From Gemmatimonadota bacterium (GTDB lineage Bacteria > Gemmatimonadota > Gemmatimonadetes > Gemmatimonadales > GWC2-71-9): 64,000 bases of DNA. The translations under genes and the position numbers were made by a program. This document shows, in pieces, positions 58,212 to 64,000 of the stretch. Every line of letters starts with the position of its first letter. The first letter of the stretch is position 1. Below the pieces are notes generated by a model. The model had not been told where the DNA came from. It made no database searches and saw only the letters and a program-made list of their open reading frames with translations. The stretch lies in NCBI GenBank assembly GCA_039586365.1, contig JBDHKN010000005.1:98070-162069 (forward strand), read 5' to 3'.

Positions 58212-59164
58212 GTCGCTGGTACCTCTATCTGCTCCACAATCGACTCGAGCACCTGATCAGCCGTGACACCCTCAAGCTCGAGTTCAGGAGCTATCGTGAT
58301 CCGATGCCGCAGGACTGCTGGCGTCAGCGTTTTGACATCATCAGGTATCACGAACTCCCGGCCTTCCAACAAGGCCAGTGCTCTGGCGGTTTTGAGTAGC
58401 GCTATTCCACCGCGAGGGCTAGCACCCAATGTGAGAGACGCAGCTCTGCGTGTTGCGCGGACGATCGCCGCGATGTAAGTGGTGATCTTCGCTTCCACGT
58501 GAATCGCCCGGGCCGCTTCCCGGAGCCTCTCCAGACCTCTAGCATCGATGACTGAATGAACTCCATATGTATCTGGTAGATCGGCCTCGAAGCCCTCTGT
58601 GTATCTGGTGAGAATCCGTTGTTCAACTTCATTCGATGGGTAATCCAACGTAACCTTGAGCATGAACCGATCTAGCTCAGCCTCAGGCAGAGGATACGTT
58701 CCCTCGAATTCGACTGGGTTCTGTGTCGCGAACACCGCGAAGGTGTCGGACAAGTCGTGACTCTTCCCATCCACAGTCACCGTGCGCTCCTGCATTGCCT
58801 CCAGGAGAGCCGCCTGAGTCTTGGCTGGTGCCCTATTTATCTCATCGGCAAGCACGCAGTCGTGGAACAACGGTCCAGGGCGGAATACGAACTCCTGAGC
58901 ACTCGAGAATACCGAAGTACCGGTGATGTCCGATGGCATCAGGTCCGGAGTGAACTGGATGCGTGCAAAGGTGACATCAAGTGCCTGGGCCAGTGTCCGA
59001 ACCAATAACGTCTTTGCCGTCCCAGGCACACCCTCTAACAGAACATGTCCACGCGAAATGAGTGCGAGTAGGCAGTCGCGCGTGGCTGTCTGTTGACCCA
59101 GAACGACGTTGCGCACAGTACTCAGGATAGTCTGAGCTTCTTCTGTTGCCCCATCGCTTCCCAA
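58208..59164 (-). CDS. moxR: MoxR family AAA+ ATPase
   Basis: EGVPGTAKT, RIQFTPDLMPSD, LADEINRAPAKTQAALLEAM, ATQNPVEFEGTYPLPEAELDRF, GASPR. Confidence 0.95.
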   Translation of the reverse strand: MGSDGATEEAQTILSTVRNVVLGQQTATRDCLLALISRGHVLLEGVPGTAKTLLVRTLAQALDVTFARIQFTPDLMPSDITGTSVFSSAQEFVFRPGPLFHDCVLADEINRAPAKTQAALLEAMQERTVTVDGKSHDLSDTFAVFATQNPVEFEGTYPLPEAELDRFMLKVTLDYPSNEVEQRILTRYTEGFEADLPDTYGVHSVIDARGLERLREAARAIHVEAKITTYIAAIVRATRRAASLTLGASPRGGIALLKTARALALLEGREFVIPDDVKTLTPAVLRHRITIAPELELEGVTADQVLESIVEQIEVPAT

Positions 59165-60357
59165 AGTTCCTCCACTGCTAGGGCAGTGTCGAGCACTCGC
59201 TCTCCACCGCCATGTCCACGAATCAATGACGCGAGCCGCCTGATCCTGCCACGTTCATCTGGAGCCAGCACAGACAATTCCATAGCGCTCAGCCAACTGT
59301 TCCACTCTGTCTGCCCGGCCGTGAGTGCAGATCGTCGACCTAGACGTCTCGCCAGGCCGGCCATGAAGAGGTTGACAGCCTCGTCATCGCCATCTGCGCG
59401 CTCCAGACCAGCTGCAAGCGCTTCCAGATGCTCTAGTGCCGAACGTCGCCGGCGCTCCACTAGTCTGAGAGCAGGACCAAAACGCACCGACATGAACCCC
59501 AACGCAATGATGGCTACAGCCACTAGCTGAAGTATGGTCCAACCCAGCGGCGATGTCCGTGCCCAGCTCCAAGTAACACCGAGGATAGACCGTCTTTCCT
59601 GAAAACCGTGATGCAACTCATCTACAACCATCAGATCGGGGTCGCTGAATAAAGTCCAAGCGATCACCAGTAATCCTGCGTCTGTCTCTCTCAGCGCTTG
59701 GTTAGAGAGTAGCCGTGAATCAGCGACCAACGTGACCAGTCCACCACTACGAAAGGACAGCCGCACAGCGGCCGGGTGATCCCCTTCCGTCCGGAGCAAG
59801 GTGTCCACCCTACCGGGAAGTAATACCGGACACTCCTCGCCGGTGAACCGGCCAGAACGGACAAGGGAGTCGAAGGGGATCTCTTCTATGAATGCCTTGG
59901 CTTCGGGAAGAACGTCAATCCCAAGGGGCAACACGACTGGCCTGGAGGTGTCGCCTACCCACCCTCGAAAGGGAGACACCCGGTATCCAAAACACCGTTC
60001 GATGCCGTTCTGTCCCGCTAGCAGTAGCGCGTTACCGCGAGCCACATGGTTGCGAATGACCCTCTCCTCAACCTCTGTGAGCGAAACTGCGACATCAAGT
60101 AGAGCCAACAGCACCGAGGAGTCAGCTCCGGACCTCTGGTTACCCCAATCGAACCAGGGACGTTGGCGCACTTTCACGACCACGCCCAGTTTGCGCAGTG
60201 CATCTGCCAGACCTTTGGCCCCCAGCGGACCGTCGAGGAGCGTCGAGGGCCGCGTATCCCGCAGGCTAGCCCGCGGTGCTGCGTGCTGCCCAACGACAGC
60301 CGCGACCACAGCCGCGAACGCCACGCCTGCGATGAGCCAGCGTTCACTCGGACGCAA
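59122..60357 (-). CDS. DUF4350 domain-containing membrane protein
   Basis: N-terminal TM, PST..GPLGAKGL, LLSNQAL, VDELHHG, second TM then RFGP; GGAGG before TTG 60357; position in the MoxR cluster. Confidence 0.75.
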   Translation of the reverse strand: MRPSERWLIAGVAFAAVVAAVVGQHAAPRASLRDTRPSTLLDGPLGAKGLADALRKLGVVVKVRQRPWFDWGNQRSGADSSVLLALLDVAVSLTEVEERVIRNHVARGNALLLAGQNGIERCFGYRVSPFRGWVGDTSRPVVLPLGIDVLPEAKAFIEEIPFDSLVRSGRFTGEECPVLLPGRVDTLLRTEGDHPAAVRLSFRSGGLVTLVADSRLLSNQALRETDAGLLVIAWTLFSDPDLMVVDELHHGFQERRSILGVTWSWARTSPLGWTILQLVAVAIIALGFMSVRFGPALRLVERRRRSALEHLEALAAGLERADGDDEAVNLFMAGLARRLGRRSALTAGQTEWNSWLSAMELSVLAPDERGRIRRLASLIRGHGGGERVLDTALAVEELWEAMGQQKKLRLS

Positions 60358-60967
60358 GATACGCCTCCAAAGCCCCCGCCAGCACCTCAAAATGCCGTAC
60401 ATCTGGTTCAGTACACTCGACCCCACCAAACAGATGCCGATACAGAATGCTCACGAGTTGCGATAGGGTACCGTAGCCCGCGTGTCCCTGGGACAGCTCC
60501 GATAGGTACTCGGCTGGGGTTTTGGAGGGGTGGAATGTCAGGTCTCCCCGAGCATCCAGTCTGAGAAGGAGCGCCTTGAAGCGGTAAGCAACGGCTGCGA
60601 CAAACGGCCCGTCCCGCCTCAGGCGCTTGGCCTCATTCAGATACCAGTCGGCGTCGTGAGGCTTTATAGTGGGGGGGCCTTCACCGAGTCGGGCGGCGCG
60701 TGGGGGTCTTACAACTTGCCAGATGATGTGGCCGACATGAGTGATTATGGCAATGAGCAGGCCAACCACTACGCCCACTACAACATAGTAGACCGCAGGA
60801 TGTGCATCACGAAGACCCTCCAGAACACCCAATAAGCCGTACCACCAACCTCTCAGGGTATCGATAACACTTCGCCTTTCATCCCACTGATATTCGGGAG
60901 CGGCAAAGACTTGCTGCAGAACAGTGCGTATCGAGTCTCGCAGGGACTCCTGTGCTGGCGAACTCAT
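60344..60967 (-). CDS. DUF4129 domain-containing protein
   Basis: TM helix then EA..G.F.AAV..FKALLLRLD..SKTPAEYL..LFGG; ATG 60967 overlaps the upstream stop. Confidence 0.8.
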   Translation of the reverse strand: MSSPAQESLRDSIRTVLQQVFAAPEYQWDERRSVIDTLRGWWYGLLGVLEGLRDAHPAVYYVVVGVVVGLLIAIITHVGHIIWQVVRPPRAARLGEGPPTIKPHDADWYLNEAKRLRRDGPFVAAVAYRFKALLLRLDARGDLTFHPSKTPAEYLSELSQGHAGYGTLSQLVSILYRHLFGGVECTEPDVRHFEVLAGALEAYLASE

Positions 60968-61800
60968 GCGGGGACTGTCCCGATCCCGAGCTGGCGACCG
61001 AGGTATTCGATATCGAAGGCTTCCTTCCGCACGCGAAGGTCGTAGTAGAGGAGAGTGAACGCACAAGCGTACACCGGATATATGATGAGCTGGAGCAGTC
61101 CAGCGAAACCGGCAATTGGCGCCTCAAGACCTGGAGACAAGATCGTCAACCCGCTGGATGCAATTATCGGAAGTGACAGGAGAACCCAGAGAACCACACC
61201 CAGAAAGAACGCCTTTGTCCGAAATCCCTTCGTTAACTCCCACGAGCGGCCAAGTCCCTCGGTGGCTGACGTATCGTCTTCTAGGACGACCGCCTGGGTT
61301 ACCACTGAATAACCCGCGACCAGCACCAACATGGCGATCATGGTCCCGACAACAACTGCAGCACCCACCAATGTGACCAGCACGAGGTCCTGGACCACAG
61401 CACCCAGTATTCCCATCACAATCGCCGCCCCCAGCCACGGCAGCCCAATCATGAGATACTTCGCGAGCCCCGAGAAAAAGATCTTACCCATCTTGCCCAA
61501 GGCGAAACGAATCGACTCACCCAGCTCCGGGTCGAGTCCGAGATATGCCTCAGAGACTACCCGAATTGTCGCGCCGGCAGCTATCAGGCCGCCAACGCCG
61601 TAGAGGAAAACCCACAACAACAGTGTGCCCGGATGGACTGACTCCATTCCGACCATCGACATGTAAACATTGATTACAGTCGGTATGCCGGTGCAGGCAG
61701 CTGCAACGCCGACGAGAACCCCGAAGTGACGCCGGTAGACAGCGAACGCACCGTCGAGAATCTCGCCGAACTTCAGCACGCGCAGCTCGTAGGTAGCCAT
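60964..61800 (-). CDS. integral membrane protein (GDPD membrane-domain-like)
   Basis: LRVLKFGEILDGAFAVYR, LGRSWEL, TLLYYDLRVRKEAFD; about 6 TM helices; AGGGGG before ATG 61800. Confidence 0.8.
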   Translation of the reverse strand: MATYELRVLKFGEILDGAFAVYRRHFGVLVGVAAACTGIPTVINVYMSMVGMESVHPGTLLLWVFLYGVGGLIAAGATIRVVSEAYLGLDPELGESIRFALGKMGKIFFSGLAKYLMIGLPWLGAAIVMGILGAVVQDLVLVTLVGAAVVVGTMIAMLVLVAGYSVVTQAVVLEDDTSATEGLGRSWELTKGFRTKAFFLGVVLWVLLSLPIIASSGLTILSPGLEAPIAGFAGLLQLIIYPVYACAFTLLYYDLRVRKEAFDIEYLGRQLGIGTVPA

Positions 61801-61831
61801 AGTCCCCCTGCGGCGATAAGATGCAGTCAGG

Positions 61832-63658
61832 ATGGCCCCGACGCGACCCCCCGATATCTCCCGGTTCTCACGCCGGATCGCGGTCGAGACCCCAGAGCAC
61901 ATCCTGCTCGAATTCGAACTTGCAGGCCTAGGATCCCGTGCCGCGGCAGCGATCTACGACTTGGTCATAGTACTTGGCCTCTCGGTCTTGGCATCGGTGG
62001 GTTTTAGCACCACCCATTTTCTCCCAGATGCAACCGGTGCTTGGCTCGCCGCATTCTTGATTGCGTCGCTCTTCGCCATAGTCTGGGGATACTTCGCTCT
62101 CTTCGAAGGGCTTGGAGGGGGTCGCACTCCGGGTAAACGACGGCTCGGCATCCGCGTCATCATGGACACTGGCCATCCCATAACATTCTACGCTGCAGCG
62201 ATCCGCAACGTAATACGAGTAGTGGACATCCAGCCCGCCGGATCATCCTTGCTTGGCATGTCCTTCGTATTCTTGCATCCGCAAAACAAACGCCTGGGAG
62301 ACCTCGCAGCCGGAACGGTGGTAGTCCGCGATGCCGATGACGAGATCGCGCGCGTCGGCCAGGAAAACGACACAGGCCCGGTACTCGATGTCGGACAACC
62401 CGTCCTAACGGATGACGAGTTCCGGCTGTTGGAGCAGTTCCTAGATCGAATGGATTCGTTGCCTGCGTCTATCCGGCTCCGGTTCGCAGTCGACCTTCAT
62501 AAGCGGTTCCACAACCGAATCCCTGCGGCGGGTCCCCGAGCCGAGGATTCCTTGATCTCACTCCACCACTTGGAGAACACAAGGAGGCGCAGCCTTCCGG
62601 CAACGAGGACCGCGTCGCAGGAAAGGAAAACCACTGGTCTGGCGCGCCGTTTCGTGGCCCTCCGAAGGAGCACTTGGGATGCTTTTCGTTCACGCGGTAC
62701 TAACCTTCAGAAGGCCGGACTCAGACGTCTGACGGGTGCTGAGGTTAGGAGTTTCGCACTCCAATATCGAGAAGTCGCCGCCGATCTCGCGCGGGCCCGG
62801 ACGTACGGAGTGGACACACGAGTGGTAGAACACCTGGAACGCGTAGTCGCCCTGGGCCACAACGTGCTTTATGGGATGCGCGGCACCCCGGCGGTCTCAC
62901 TGAAATCGTTGGTCTTGAACCGTTTCCCGGCTGCAGTGATTCAGGCCCGCGCGTATGTGTTGGCCGCCTTCCTCGTATTCGCCGTCCCAGGATTGGTGGG
63001 ATTCGTGCTCTTGCGCGAGCAACCTGGTTTGGCCGAGGACATCATGCCGCCAACCATGGTGGCACGAGCCGAGGCCGGACATCGGATGATCGTGCAGGGC
63101 CGCGGGTACGCGGAGACACTCTCTCCCTATCTACCCATCGTGGCGTCGAATATCGTAGCCAACAATGTTCAGGTTGCCTTTGGAGCCTTTGCTTTCGGGA
63201 TCTTGGCCGGGGTCGGCACCGTCATGCTGCTCGCGTTCAATGGTTACTTCTTCGGGTCGGTACTCGGTCTGTTCAGCAACTACGGTCTGCTGGGATGGAT
63301 TTTGACGTTTGTCGCCGGCCATGGCTTCCTGGAACTAACGGCGATCTTCATCGCCGGGGCCGGAGGACTGTTGCTTGGCCGCGCAATCGTTGCGCCCGGG
63401 GACTTGACGAGGCGAGATGCCCTCGTCGTTCACGGTCGTCTTGCCATAAAGCTCGTGGGTGCTGCCACTGTGCTTCTCTTGATGGCTGGGCTCATTGAGG
63501 GATTCCTGTCGGCGAGCGACGCACCCCCACCTTTGAAGCTAGGTGTGAGCACCGGTAGCGTTGTTTTGCTAACGCTATACTTCGCAGCCGGACGCCAGGC
63601 TCGCATCGGCGAGGATGCTGCTGCCAGGCTCGAAGCTGCAGAGGCACCCAGACCCTAG
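61832..63658 (+). CDS. RDD domain + SpoIIM (DUF95) fusion membrane protein
   Basis: ETPE..LAGLGSRAAAAIYD, GRTPGKR, KRLGDLAAGTVVVR (RDD); YREVAADLA, NNVQVAF, FNG, HGFLELTAI, AGLIEGF (SpoIIM). Confidence 0.88.
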   Translation: MAPTRPPDISRFSRRIAVETPEHILLEFELAGLGSRAAAAIYDLVIVLGLSVLASVGFSTTHFLPDATGAWLAAFLIASLFAIVWGYFALFEGLGGGRTPGKRRLGIRVIMDTGHPITFYAAAIRNVIRVVDIQPAGSSLLGMSFVFLHPQNKRLGDLAAGTVVVRDADDEIARVGQENDTGPVLDVGQPVLTDDEFRLLEQFLDRMDSLPASIRLRFAVDLHKRFHNRIPAAGPRAEDSLISLHHLENTRRRSLPATRTASQERKTTGLARRFVALRRSTWDAFRSRGTNLQKAGLRRLTGAEVRSFALQYREVAADLARARTYGVDTRVVEHLERVVALGHNVLYGMRGTPAVSLKSLVLNRFPAAVIQARAYVLAAFLVFAVPGLVGFVLLREQPGLAEDIMPPTMVARAEAGHRMIVQGRGYAETLSPYLPIVASNIVANNVQVAFGAFAFGILAGVGTVMLLAFNGYFFGSVLGLFSNYGLLGWILTFVAGHGFLELTAIFIAGAGGLLLGRAIVAPGDLTRRDALVVHGRLAIKLVGAATVLLLMAGLIEGFLSASDAPPPLKLGVSTGSVVLLTLYFAAGRQARIGEDAAARLEAAEAPRP

Positions 63659-63799
63659 CATCCGACATCTCTCCGGGGCTGTGCTGTAAGTCTTGGTACT
63701 TCAATAAGTTATGGGAGAAATTCGACATATCCTCCCAACCGACCTGCTACAATCCATTGTCCGCCCCAAAGAACCCACTACCCTAAGGACGTAGCGGCC

Positions 63800-63826
63800 T
63801 GAAACCAATGCTGTGGTTCCTACGTC
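63800..63826 (+). promoter_or_regulatory. candidate ECF-sigma promoter
   Basis: TGAAAC-N17-CGTC, 45 nt before the next start codon. Confidence 0.45.
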
Positions 63827-63871
63827 CGAATAAGGTGTAGTAGCGGGCTTACGTAACCAGGAGACCCTCCT

Positions 63872-64000
63872 TTGGACATCGCCCGGGAGCCACCTCCGAA
63901 GAGGAAGAAGTATTTACCGGCTGGGATAGCGGCACTGGCGATAGTGTTGACGACGGTTGGGTTGTCGCGTCTGAAGCCGGCGGCACCGGGTGTGGACCGA
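63872..64000 (+). CDS. probable efflux periplasmic adaptor (HlyD-like) subunit, 5' end only
   Basis: Translated by hand from TTG 63872 after AGGAG: MDIAREPPPKRKKYLPAGIAALAIVLTTVGLSRLKPAAPGVDR (basic patch plus TM); only 43 codons visible. Confidence 0.55.
   Translation, partial: MDIAREPPPKRKKYLPAGIAALAIVLTTVGLSRLKPAAPGVDR

Noticed and set aside
61832..63658. Sporulation function
   Set aside because: SpoIIM-like domains are widespread in non-sporulators; the context is the MoxR cluster.
1..64000. CRISPR arrays, tRNA/rRNA, IS elements, prophage or defence genes
   Set aside because: No regularly spaced repeats, cloverleaf-like sequence, or transposase, integrase or nuclease motifs seen by eye; short elements could have been missed.

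Overview
Bacterial chromosomal window, roughly 60% GC by eye and gene-dense. Gene content suggests a diderm, plausibly Gemmatimonadota (inference, not verified). I found no rRNA, tRNA, CRISPR array, transposase or phage gene. From left to right: (1) a minus-strand operon of ferredoxin-NADP reductase, tamA, tamB, lipid kinase, 8-Cys zinc finger, S58 peptidase, HAD hydrolase, hypothetical, acpS and D-aminoacylase; (2) pduO, phzF-like, aroB, an AT-rich spacer with DnaA-like boxes, and a sigma-70 family factor; (3) glcDEF, ygfZ, Nramp-like transporter, epimerase, fdhD; (4) a five-gene exopolysaccharide-type operon; (5) a collapsed cydAB remnant, a Tat-exported GH38-like protein, an AAA+/VWA pair, a Kgd-type E2-E1 2-oxoglutarate dehydrogenase fusion and an extended HDAC; (6) yggT, yggU, metH, an HMT-MTHFR fusion, an MTHFR-like gene, ctpA, DUF4173 and a MoxR/DUF58/DUF4350/DUF4129/RDD-SpoIIM cluster. 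The best candidate for an undescribed system is the operon at 25904-33107. It combines a Pga-like secretion core (TPR plus beta-barrel porin, PgaC-like GT2, small membrane partner, atypical CE4 deacetylase) with a leading protein that has the degenerate ATPase-REC-GGDEF architecture of the cellulose-system c-di-GMP sensor BcsE. All family calls come from motifs read by eye; no database search was run.
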